Assembly: GCA_040954595.2 (NCBI GenBank)
Contig: CM082576.2
Span: forward strand, 5,740,760 to 5,804,759
Source of the DNA: Balanoglossus misakiensis
Taxonomy: Eukaryota; Animalia; Hemichordata
Length of the DNA stretch: 64,000 nucleotides
Direction: 5' to 3'
Below, one piece after another: positions 13,362-26,227 of this stretch. Below the pieces are notes generated by a model. The model ran no database searches, was not told where the DNA came from, and worked only from the letters and a program-made list of their open reading frames with translations. Positions within the stretch are counted from its first letter, which is position 1, and each line of letters starts with the position of its first letter. Made by a program: the position numbers and the translations under genes.

Positions 13362-14371
13362 ATGTCTATTTACATTGATAGACTGTCACTCGAGAAGGAA
13401 CCATCCGAAGAAATTCAAATTTCCTGTGTGCCGTGTAAAATAGAGCACAATGGTGATGCCAGGGTTAACGAATATTTCCGCACATTGGTAAAGAGTCCAA
13501 GTGAAGAGAAAGGTGAGAAGCATCATTCATGATCATCAGTCACTATGTAGCTGCAGTTCAGTAGCTCGATTTTGTTTGTGTTATGGGCGGCACCAAGGCA
13601 AAATCGAGCTATAAATCACAATGAAGCTGGTAGGCGCAGTAGCACTAGCACCCCCGGCCCCGGGGTACTTCGATAGATTTAGGGTAGGGGTCACAGTGCA
13701 CGGGTGTACTGTACATCCCTCTGACAATCAGTACCCGGCGCATCTTTTAAAAGTGTGTTGACCTCTTCTAAATCTCGGCACGGTTACTGGAAGAAGATAC
13801 TTTCTTACACAATGGTTACTAGAAAAACAGTAATAATCTTTGTTGTATTTCTGTTCTTGCAGGAGAAAAATTGTCAGGGTCTTTAAGAGGAAGAAACATT
13901 CATGGTATAAATATGGAACTACCTAAAGATTTCACAGGTATTTGATGTTGTGTAGTCTTGTTCTCTTACTACATGTAGTATTGGTTACCCAGACTCCTCT
14001 GCTTCTTCCGTGCCCAACGGAAGAAGCAGAGGGGTCTGGGTAACCAAGACTAGTTCTCTGACCTGTTCTGCCAGTGGCTGAAGTGAGTTATGACAGATCT
14101 GTCTAATAAAAACTAATAATTTTGATACTTTCAGGAATTATTATCAAAGAAGACAGGAAACCTTACCTTGAAGATGAAGTAAGTTATATTTTTTGAGGCA
14201 ATAGCCACATCATGGTGTACCTATTTCTATGATTCCAAATGAATTGAATGATAGAAAGACTGAGTCTGTATAAAGTTGATCGATTCAAATACCTTCTGCC
14301 AAACATGTAAAAAAGTAGCTGTTCACCAAATTAATTCCAGTCTTTAGGCAGCCATTCTTAAGATATCAATG

Positions 14372-14404
<33 letters not shown>

Positions 14405-15005
14405 TACATACACATTGGCATGACATACATGTATGCCCATGTGATATGTGAGCACAATGATCCCATGAAGTTTATATCATCTTTTCTACAGGATCGGCGC
14501 TTCAAAGTCACACATAGATTTCAGACATTTGAATATTGGAATTGGGACAAGGAACCGTCTGCAAATGATAAGATGAATAAAATCATGGTGTGGCCAGAAA
14601 TAGCTGCTGCAGTGAGTACGGCAATCAAATGGCCACCAAACATACTTGACAACGTGATACATTCACGATCACTTTGCTGGGGGTGGAACTTACTTTCTTT
14701 GAAGTGTGATAGAACTCAGTGATATAGTCTCAGAAAACATACATGTACATGCGATTAAGTCAACCTAGCTTGCAATGGCCAAGCATGGTTCACATGTATT
14801 TAGGACTATTTTTATGGTCCCATAGGTATATTCACAAATGCTTTTCAGGATTTTGTTGTCATAAATAATGTGATTGAACAGCAAACAACATTTTATCCCG
14901 GACTAACATGATGTATACTTCTCCCTGCAGATTCATTCTCCAGTCGGTACTGATAGCAGTCTACAAACCCAAGACAGTAAAAGCAGTGTATCCGGAAAGA
15001 GATAA
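13362..15005 (+). CDS. RNASEH2C: Ribonuclease H2 subunit C, 5 exons (approx. 13362-13512, 13863-13937, 14135-14178, 14492-14611, 14931-15005)
   Basis: Spliced peptide VPCKIEHNGDARVNEYF..SGSLRGRNIHG..ELPKDFTGIIIKE..FQTFEYWNWDKEPSANDKMNKIMVWPEIAAAIHSPV carries the RNase H2C motifs (PCxIxxxG, RGR, YWNxDxxP, WxxIAxAIH). Confidence 0.93.
13976..14052. repeat. 77-bp near-perfect hairpin/palindromic miniature element in RNASEH2C intron 2
   Basis: 36-bp arms TAGTATTGGTTACCCAGACTCCTCTGCTTCTTCCGT / ACGGAAGAAGCAGAGGGGTCTGGGTAACCAAGACTA with 2 differences and a 5-nt loop; begins and ends with TA. Confidence 0.85.
14393..14414. repeat. (CA)n microsatellite
   Basis: Direct reading. Confidence 0.9.
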
Positions 15006-16240
15006 CAGTGGCAGAAATGGATAATTGTTCACACAGCATTGCCATCCACTGCCAATTTCAGAGACTATATTTTGTATTACTTGTAAAGATGGAGCAAATG
15101 ATAAAAATGCACGATGTTCGGCCCGACGAAAGTAATTTTCAGCAATGCGAAATGTATATGCTAGCTGTGATGTCGTCAAAAATAGACAATAAGACATTGA
15201 AACTGTAATTGTTCCTTTGTTTTATTCACAAACTTTTTAAGAGCCATATCTATAAACTATGGTAAGTTCCTCTTCGTTCCCAGGAGAGGGAGAGCACACA
15301 GCAAAACACACTTTAAGTGAAGTGTATTAATGAAATCTACACATTTGATGTAACAATAGTAAAAATGAAAGAAAACTATAGTCATTTTATCCACACACAC
15401 ACAATTTATAATATACCATGTATAATTAAAGCAAAGTCTTTGGATTCTCAAAAATACAACTAATACCCATGGAATAAGTTTATTGCCCTGTTTTTGACAT
15501 ATGGAGAAATAGCACCTATTGCTATGAACAAAGGGTAACGCAGTTGAAATCAATGAACACGAAAAATTTCCATGACGGTAAAATATATACAACTTTCATT
15601 TTTAAATGCTGTAATGGTGTCATAAAGCACTACCATTGCAGTATGAAATAAATGCCAATATGTGATTTAAAATGAGCGGTTGATTCTCTTGAAATTGACC
15701 CTGCAAAAAATACTGATTGAGGAATACCCTAGTATTAAGTGACATGAAATTAACTCCAGGAAGAAGAATCTCGCCATGATTTTTGCATATTGCCCAGCGT
15801 GTTAGGATATACATGATTTATTACAAGTGTATTTTTATATTTTCACTGCTCTGACATATAAAGCTACATGTATTTCTGCATCATATAAATCACACATGCT
15901 ATACAAAGTGACGTGTGACTTTAAGCATAGAGTGTACTCATTGTACACAATAAAATTTCTTGGCTTTATGAAAATCTGTACAAATCACATTACTGGTAAA
16001 TATTCAATGCCCTAGAATTTGTCTTTGAAGCAGCTGTCTATGGTACATGAAAACCTCGGTTAAATTTGTGCTTTTACACCAAATTGTTGTAATGCTTGAA
16101 AAATATTGACAAAAACATTTGTCTTGACTGCACTTTCCATGGAGTAAAGTGTCAAAGATTATTACTGGTACCCTAATTATACAACCCACACAAGCTACAG
16201 AAAGCCTAGAAAAAAATCAGCAGTTTTAAATGTTCACATG

Positions 16241-19200
16241 TTAGCTTTCGAATTTATCACTGAATGGCCTTTGTACAACATCCTGGGCCTCTGCCTTGTG
16301 GATCTGGGATATTCCGACTGCGGGAGTAGCAAGTGGACCACGCCCAACATAGGCAAGCTGGTGGGGGAAAAAATCAGAGATAACTTGCAGTGAAAATCAA
16401 CATACTGTATTCTCCCCAAAACTTGTGTACATGTAAATGTGTGTGTGTCTTTCTCTCACTATTTTAGTTGTGTGTATCAACCACTTGTTCTTCTTTCTGA
16501 AGCAAGCTAAAATATCATGCATGATCTGTATATGTGTACTGGCCATAATTGATAAGCAGGATTTCTTACCCTGACACCAACATTGTTTTGGAAACGTGGA
16601 TTCACAAACGTCCATGCACCGCTGTTTTGATGTTCTTCCTGACACCACAAGAACTCTGCATGAAGCAAAGAAAAATATCAAACCTTCAGTGATACAATTC
16701 TGAAGACTGCCTCTTGAGAGAAAATTTTAAATTGCTGAGAGTCTGGCTTCACACAAAACCATTTGCATTGAGATGCAAGGCAGAAAACTTGTCACATTAA
16801 AGAAGTATGTGTGCAGCAAAATAATCAATCAAACGTCAAATGCATACTTGATGGCAATGTCTTACCTTTAGTCTTCGAGTATTTTTTAAGTTCTTGTTGG
16901 AGTTCAACAGCAGGAAACGGACAGAGAGATTCGACCCTGATGATGGCCACATTGTTCGCTTGTAAATTCTGTCTTTGATTCGCCAGTGCATAATAATGTT
17001 TGCCAGACACGAACAGAACCCTAGTCACCCTGAAAGAACAGCATTTATTTTATGTAAGATGATTAGTGATCCTCTTAGCAATTGGAGTCAGAAAACAATT
17101 ACAGTAAACTTTTCAGAAAATTAAGGATTCGTCACGCGAGAATCTTTGACCTACCCAGCAGGGTTGACAGTGTTGTCACTGATGATTGGCTGGAAAGATG
17201 TTCCCATCATCATTTCATTGAGATCAGACCTTGCAGCTGGAAGTCGGAGGAGTATCTTGGGTGCCACAACCACCAGTGGTTTACGGTATGTGCGTATCAT
17301 CTGTTGATTGGCGAAACAATGATTGCATGTAAGTTTTGCATGCATGCATGCATGCATGGATAGTGTGACATGCATTTTCATCCAGCATTTTTTCTCTCTC
17401 TAGAAGTTCAAGGTATATTTGTGAGCTGTCAATAGAGGGCGCTATAGAGTCCTGCCACTCACCTGCCTCCTGAGAAGATGGAAGTATTGAGCTGGAGTCG
17501 TGGGATTCACAATCTGCAGATTGATGTTGTCACCGTCAATACCACACTCTTTACTGTCACACTGTAACAGGAATCTTTCCATCCGGCAAGATGAATGCTC
17601 AGGGCCTGCTCCGTCAATGCCGTGAGGAAGCAACATTACCAGCCCCGACTGAAGAAGCCATTTTGCTGGAAAAAAGATGAATGAATATTTTAATACGCAA
17701 TTCTAAATATTTGGAAAAGATGGGATCAGTTACTTCGGTTATTTTATGACTAATCTAATCTCTGAAAAAACTGATATTCATCAGATGATTGATAAAAGTG
17801 CTGCAAAATAGCTTCTTACAGTTGATAATTTAAGAACTTACTTTCTCCTGTGGCCACATAGGTATCAATGATGACCTGAGCTCCATTGAAGAAATCTCCG
17901 AACTGAGCTTCCCATATGTTGAGGCACTTTGGTCCCTCAATGCTCATTCCATACTCAAAGGCAAGCACTGCAAGTTCTGACAGTGAACTGTTTGCAACCT
18001 GAAAGAGATTTGATACAGAGGAAGAATGGTGCCGTGTCAGGAAGCTTCTTCACACATGTTCAAATGTTAAGGCACAGATGTACATGTATTATAAGGGTTG
18101 CCCTGTTCATATGCATCAAAAACATCCACCTTTGACTTCTTCAGTTACAATGTGTGAAACATGCTAAATAGTACTGATCATTGAGCTATTGTCATCACCA
18201 TGGTAATGACCAATATTCAAAGTCTAAATTTGTAATCAACATTCCTCACCTCAAGAAATCCCTCTTGCTCTTCTATCAAGTTATTCAAAGGTATGCATAT
18301 CTTGTCGGTTGTCTGGTCAACAAACATGGCATGTCGATGGCTGAAGGTGCCGCGACCGACATCCTGCCCACTGATCCTGACATTGAATCCTTGGTAGAGC
18401 AACGATCCAATAGCCATAGCTTCTGCTGTAGCCCAGTCTACCTCCGATCCCTCCTGAACCTTCCGTAATCGTTTGGCCACATGGGTCTTGGCAAGCTTCG
18501 CATGAATGTGCTGCATAGGATGTTGAGAATAGATTAGTCTACTGTATTCACAGTGTAGAGTTTTGAAATATAAAAATGCTGTTTCATAGGCATACTCAGA
18601 AGATCATGGAGATTGGTTTGACACCTGTGAAATTTTATCATAAGATTTGAATATCATCACAGAGGAGAGTGCATCATTGTAAAAGTCAACAGCCTTTAAA
18701 TCTCATCCTTACCACATCTTGCGGTATTTCAACTGATTTTCCACCTACAAATTTCAGAATGTCTTTGCTGACTCCTGTAAAGAAAAAAATACTAATTTAA
18801 GGATGATTCAATTGTATGTGTGTCTTTTCAGTATTTCAGCCCAAAGATCACAATTATTGTATCAATTTCTTTTGAAATGATTCTCATAAACATAAAAATA
18901 GTTTTAGCAGATTTGATATTTAAACATAAATTACCAGTGTCCCACGTTGTTACATGTGTCGGCGCCTGAATAAACCCACTCCATTGTTTTTCCAAATGAT
19001 TGGCCTTCGGAACATGATGATCAACTTTTGACAGTTGATAATTGAGGTCTGCATGGTAGTCTGCCATTTGGGAGGCAATGTCTGCTTTCTTGCACACACC
19101 CTCCGCCTGCAAACCAAAGTATCACAGAATAATGTAATTCAAATTTGACATTGCCAAACTGAATGATGAATTTTCCGGTTATTTTTTTTGGTGAGCATGT

Positions 19201-22200
19201 GGTCATCTTCAATGTACCACATTGAGACAAGCTTGGGAATGTCACTGATGTCCATGTGTTTACAGATGACTGCAAGAATCTGTCCACACCACCAAATAAA
19301 CACAAATCAAATTTTTCCACCACACAACTCTGCACATAGTGAAACAGTAACAAAATTCCTAATTATACCAACCTCCAGCTGTTCCAGGTAAACATCAGGA
19401 ACACTTTTTCTGTTTTGAATGACGTTATACATGACGGGTTGAGTGAATGTTGGGTCGTCCACTTCGTTGTGTCCCCATTTTCTGAAGCAGACCAGATTCA
19501 CCACCACATCTTTTCTGAATTCATGTCTGTAAGCCATGGCAAGCTTGCAAGCTCGGACAACGTCCTGTGCAAGAAACAAAAATGCAAATAGTCCTAATAT
19601 GGTTTGATGATCACAGTTACTTTTCACTAAGAGACAAGGAATCTGACCATTCGTTTCAAATTTCATATGGATTTTTTCAACTCCTTGATGTCATCAGGCT
19701 GCTCTGTGGAAGAGAAGTCTGAAAATCACAGCATGGTTCCTGAAGTAAAAAGATGTTATTTGGAACAAGAAAAGATATAGGTCAACAATGACTGGGTGAG
19801 AGATCATGGCCTTACCTCAGGATGATCACCATTGACATGAATCACAGGACAGTTGATGATTTTACTGACATCACTGCAATGTGTTGAAGATCTTCCCTGC
19901 TGTGCCTCTGTGGTAAATCCAAGCTGGTTGTTGACGATCAGATGAACTGAACCGCCGATATTAAAATGAGGGCAGTATGCCATATTGAAATTCTCTGCAA
20001 CTATACCCTGAAAACGGAATACATGTAATATTAAACATTGTTGAATGTGGTATGAATCTATAATGACTAACACCCGGACAGACCAAAGGGAATATCTAAG
20101 GCCAGAGTTCAATTCACTCAAGCGGAAAAATTCCATTATTATGCTGGTAGAAGTGGATGAGACAAGGGTACCTAGATAAATGGTTGATAATGTTGAATAG
20201 TCAGAAAAGATTCAAGCCATTGATAGATTAAACTTTTATGAAATATCAATTAAAGTACCTGTGCACAGAAAGCAGCATCACCATGGACAAGAAAAGGCAT
20301 CACTTTATCACCCGGCCTGGCATTAGGATCATCGGAATAGTCCCCATCCTTCAGTGACTGCTGTCTTGCTCGGGCTTTACCGACGGCTACTGGAATATTG
20401 GCCTTCAATTGAAGGAAAGACATTGGAAGGCTTGGTTAGAAATGTCACTTATTTCGGGCCTTTTGTTCCTACTTGAAGTCAGCCGAATATGTTCACATTA
20501 AAGGGAGCACAGTTCAAGCTAGTTTTTGTTTTTAGGCCACCTGGCAGCTATATTGGATAACATCATGATGTAAACTGATGTACATGTGTCATAGTGAATT
20601 GTCCTATACCAAGGTTGAATGAAATCAGTAAGGAATGTCTGATGAACGGACACGTGGATGGATTGAGACAAATCCGTTAATCTCCTGGACTTCGTCTGTA
20701 GGAACTAAAAACTTGTAATTTACTAATTACCTCTAAATGTGAAGGATTTGGTACCATTGTTACATGAAGAGACTTGTCTTCAAATTGGAGATCAACTGAA
20801 TTTGCTGAAAAACAAACAGAAATTTTGAAAAACAAGTTATTGTAAAGTATAGTGATTTCAATATCTTCTTGCCAAACGTGTCCTTATGAAGTGATTAGCT
20901 ACGTACAAAGTAAATTTTTTGCTTTTCATCAAAGCCTATCTATGAAATGCCAATAGCTATGAATTTGAAAACAAAATGCTTTTGACCGAAATTTGCATTG
21001 TTACCATTGGTTTCCTAAATTCTTTGTGAATACTTTTATTTGACTATGTTCAAAAGTTTGTAGAACTTACTGAGATGGGAAAGTACATCGCCGGTAGCTT
21101 GAACACCATCAGGAAATTCACTCATTCCTTTCATTTTTTTGAACATTGTAAGTGGTGGATATTTTAATATTCCTGTTAAAGTATTGTTTCTTCCTCTGTG
21201 GGGCATACACATAATGACTTGCTCCACTCCATCTGATAGGAAAATCAAATAATTATATTTAAATTAATCAAATAATCATGTTTGTATTAAATTGCCATGT
21301 GATAACTGATATATGTTTACCTAACTAGAGTAGGATTCTATTTTAAACAAAACAACTTTCTTAAGAGACGTTCAAATTCAACATCACTTTTGAAATTTAT
21401 GATTTTTAATTTTATTACGACACTTTAACTTTTCTTGAAAAGCACTGTTGGCAAAGCATTTGCATACAGCTACATGCACAGCACTGTCTGTTGCACTGCT
21501 TTAACCTATGCACGGCACTAATCCACATTGTTGTACATGTACATGATTTATGTCACCACAGTTCATGTTTCTACATGCTGAGATTAAACACCTGCATGTT
21601 GTGAAGTCTGACATGAAATGATAAGCACATTATTCACAGTTTTCGTTTCCTTGCCTGATGCGTAGGACATTTGACAGAAATTCAAAAGCAATCCCAGGGA
21701 AGACTATGGTACATGTACTTACTCTTTGCTGCCTCAGCAAACACGTGGTAAAAAAATCCCTGCATACTTTCTGCTCCCTCCCCACCATATCTCTTGACTG
21801 TTGTAAATTTGGATGCTGTGAAATGGTCGAATTCCTGCAACAATCACGTGAGCATTTTAATATGTATTATGCATTTAATTTAACATAAAAAAGTTCAAAG
21901 TTGGCAGTGCAGAATGGAAATCACACATAATTCGGAAACTGCAACCTGATAGTGACAACTGTTGTCCATTTTTAACCTTTGACCTCACTAATGATATCAC
22001 ACTGACACCCCCCCCCCCCCCCCCCTCTCTGCAAGTTACAATACCTGGGACTTTGCTAGCAGCAATCCTAGTTCCTTCTTTTCCTCTGCTGACAAGGTGT
22101 ATTTTTGTATTTTCTCAAAGTGATCTGCAAACCACTCCTGTTCCCAGGGATCCTGGTAAAAATATGTGAAGAATGCAAACAAAAAAATCAAAATTCAAAA

Positions 22201-23824
22201 CTTCAAATTAATAAGCTTCAATGTCATCATCAGATGTTTTAATCTGCCTTTTCAGTTCAAACATCACAACTGAAGTCTACTTTCCTACCACTTCATTACC
22301 ACTCTACCCACCTCAATGTATGAGAACTCTGCCGAGATTGTTCCACAGTAAATATTGTCTAACTTTTCCACTATTTCTTGCAGTGCAGCAGTAGATTTTC
22401 CAATATGAAGAATGCCTACAATCATCAGCAAAAAAAAAAAAAAAAAAAAAAAAATACAGTGTGAATGACTTGATACTTGCATTGAGATAAATTTGTGTGG
22501 TTTCAGGGTTAATTTTTCTTGTTCATATTCTAACTAACTGTCTGGTACAGTATATCCTGAAATAAAATGGATAACAAAAAATCTGTACAGCTAGCCTGCA
22601 CCTTACCTTCAAGATCATATTCTGTTGTATCATTGGGGGATAAACCATACAGCTCGGGATCTAGCTCAGCAACCTCTCTACAAAGTCAAAAACATTGAGT
22701 TGTTCATCAAAGGTTGGCAGATATAAAGTAAGGAAAGTAAAGATTTTCTACAAGTTTAACTAAAGACAAGAACTCAGATGACCACCCAAAAAACTTTGAA
22801 ATAAACCTGATGTTTATACGAACCTCTTTTCTGATAGACCTAGGGGGTCTAACTTTGCTGTCTTGTGACCACTCTCTCTGTATGCTGTCACCAATCGAAA
22901 CAGATTGGCACTATTTGCTCTGTTCTTGATGGCCGAGTCTGGAACTACAGGTTCATATAAAACAAGCAAAATTAATAATTTCATTACCTATGCAACAAAA
23001 ATACTTGCAGCCTTGAGAAGTATTGTCACTGTCAGCATATGGTGCAGTAACAATTCTATACACTTTTACTTTCAATGAAAATGAACAAGAGTGAAATTAA
23101 AATGTTTCAGTTTTTTAAAATAGTCAATATATAAGACAATTAAAATTACGACACAAAATTTTTGTGAATATTTTAGGATTCAATATTTGTAAATTTGATG
23201 GACATTTGAAAAGAAAAATAACTAATTTATGGAATGATACCCCCCTTCCCCTTTTATACTGGGTATAGTGAAAAGAGTCCGCTCTTTATTTTGTGTTCAT
23301 CTGTTAAGAGCTTATTAATTAATTAAATGATGAGGGATGATGGAAGTTGTTTCAAAAACATTTTTTCAAGAGTTTTGCAAACTGTGATTTCTTTATATCA
23401 AAATATTGACTTCGTCCGCCAAAACTGCAAGTACCTATCACACTCACAATCTAACCTATTTCCAATATGATGATAAATTGCATGTAAACTGTAACTAATG
23501 AGATTGTTTACGAGTTACATGTGATTCGCGGACTCATCAGTTGAACGTAAAATACGAACTGTGATTTTCGCATGGATTCTACAGAAATGAAAACGAATAA
23601 ATGTATCAATTTTGCAAAAATCCTCGTGGATCGTAGTGACCTTGTCATTTACCTCGTAAATCAAGTAATTGTTCCATCGGTTTATAACCATACACGCCAT
23701 CTTTCGAGTGGTACGATCGCTCACCGGCGACACACTGTAGGGGAACGGACGGTCGTTGTCGGCAAAATCTCCATTTCCTCGCAATCGCTGCATGGCGACT
23801 GAAAAGACTTGTGGCTCTGTACAT
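16241..23824 (-). CDS. DHTKD1: 2-oxoadipate dehydrogenase E1 component DHTKD1, mitochondrial, multi-exon
   Basis: Arg-rich presequence followed by [12 protein letters not shown]; AYRESGHK; [10 protein letters not shown]; MPHRGR; PNPSHLE; ThDP-binding [15 protein letters not shown]; GHNEVDDP; [14 protein letters not shown]; [14 protein letters not shown]; WEAQFGDF; [22 protein letters not shown]; [12 protein letters not shown]; GT-AG introns; stop TAA at 16241-16243. Confidence 0.95.
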
Positions 23825-26227
23825 TTTCTTTCGGCGTCCTAAGTTATTAGTATCCAACAATGTGTCAAAGATATAACGATTTTTCCGTTGCCCACCGGCG
23901 ACTGCCCATCTTTACCGGTGACCTGCTTGTGACCTCTGACACTCAATTATGAGGGCGCCACCAGCGGGGCATAAGCAAAGAGTTTCTCTTGAAACTTACA
24001 TCAAAACGAAATTGTCATTTTCAGAGAAATTGAACAAGTTCTATATCAAATAGGGTTGACCTAAAATGCAGAGGATTCATTTCATTTACAATTTTTACAA
24101 TTACAGAGTCACACAGAACCAACAGCATTGGTAGAAGATATTTTATTGTTGACCATAAAATGGTAGCATTATTTTTGGACGGAAAAAATTGACAGTACAC
24201 TTATATTCAGACAATGCATAGTAAAGGATTCATCTATCTGAGTCTGTTTGTTGATACGACACAAAGAAACTCTTGACTGAATACAAAAAAAAGAAGAGCA
24301 AGGCATTTCATGGTATGTTTTTCACAGAGTGGAATGTTCATAATACAAAGGCCTGTGAATACCAGTTAAAAAGTCTTAATACACTACCAGAATCAAAAAT
24401 AACAAAATAAAATATGGAATCCATTGAGAACTGATTTAAAGGGTCAGTATATCTACTTTCTTGTACATGATGTCAACTTCACACAAAGAACAATGAACTT
24501 GAGAAATGAAGCGTCTTGACCTGACTTTATCAGGCCATTACAATTTCAGAAATTTTGGGGATCACAAATGCTTTCAAAAAGTTCACTCCGTTCATTCAAC
24601 TAATGACACCTCACACAATATTTTGTTGGCCACAAACCTCCCCTCCAACTTGCCTTTCAAAGTTCTGTAGGATGTTGTTTTTTCTTTATTTTGATTGTAT
24701 GCTTCTCAAAGATTGTCCATGATATATTGATTGAAATTTCCCCAATAATGGTAGATTTTAACACACAAAAATTTTGAGAAGTATTCATAGGTGGACATAA
24801 CTGGTTAAAACATTTTAAATTTAGAAGAAAAAAATCCTGTGCATCATACATTTCATTAAGGATGTAAGTGAAATGTCCAGAAAGAATGATGGTCAAAAAT
24901 GACATCTAGGTAAATGACATTTTGAAAATGTAAAGCTCAGTGCATAAATTTCTCTACAACCAAATGTGCCGGAGTTGCCATACCCTTCATATAATGGCAA
25001 GACTTGTGTATTGATCCAATACCAATAATTATTGAGAAAAAAAACATCGTACATATAAAAACAACATCAAATCACACTGATCACTGACACATAATTACCA
25101 TTACAGAAACTGACCAATAGCAAGGTGTGTTGAGGCTGTATCATGTAAGGTCAAAGGTCACACACTTCTCATGTCACTCACACCTTTTCATATTCAAGTG
25201 AACCCATTTTGTTCACGAATGATGGAAAACCATTCATTTCCCCCACTCTTTCACTAAAGCCTCTTTTACCCTAAAAAGGTATAAAGCAACTAGAATTCCA
25301 CTGTAGCCAAGCTCAAATAAACCGCAATATGTCACTGTGAAATCTGTCTATGTTTGCTCTGAAATATTCAGTTTTATGTAAATTCCTTGTTAATAAATAA
25401 ATTTGGTGCTGTAAATTCATGATGTAAGTACAAAAGATTACATTTTGACCAAATATTTCCTCAAAATACCTGCAAAACTGAACATGAAAATCATGCTTTG
25501 CATAAGAATTTCTCTCTCTCTCTCTCTCTTTTCCTGTCTACACATCAAGCAAGATGTTACCACTTTCTTTTTTTTTAATTCATCACTTTCTCAGCTGGTA
25601 CACAGCCTTGAAATCATCAATTTTGTCAAAAACGGAAAGTCAGTATTCCCTACTGACTTATTGGGAAAATAGATCTTTTTGTAAATGTTTCCATTAGAGA
25701 TTGAATAGTGAAACAACTCCTTCAGATTTATCCATGATTTATATGTCTCTGGAATTCTGGCAATGGTTGCCTTGTGAGAATTTTTGTACACATCTTCTGA
25801 CAGCCACATCTACCTTTTGTCAACAATATGAACATAAACACATTAACTGATACACAATGTATATGTAAGCCTTGAGTTGCATCTGGGCCACCATTAAAAA
25901 AAAAAAAAAAGACTCTGTTCATATCTGCTGACCTGATAAATGATAGAATGTTTTACATCTGATCTTGGACACTTGTTCTTGATGTACTAACTACCAGGAC
26001 TTTGTTGATCTGACCCAGATCTTTTCCTGAAATGGCATTTTAATAATTACACTTAAAATGTTGTCCTTTTAATTTGATATCAAACTGCAGTTTACTGGAC
26101 GGTGCAGTTTTCAAGTTCATGTAACCATGGTAATAGCACACTTGATTCAAGAATTAACTCATAATACCAAATAAAGCAAACTTTCAATTAAATGCATAAT
26201 TCTTGATTTCAGCATACAGATCAGCTG

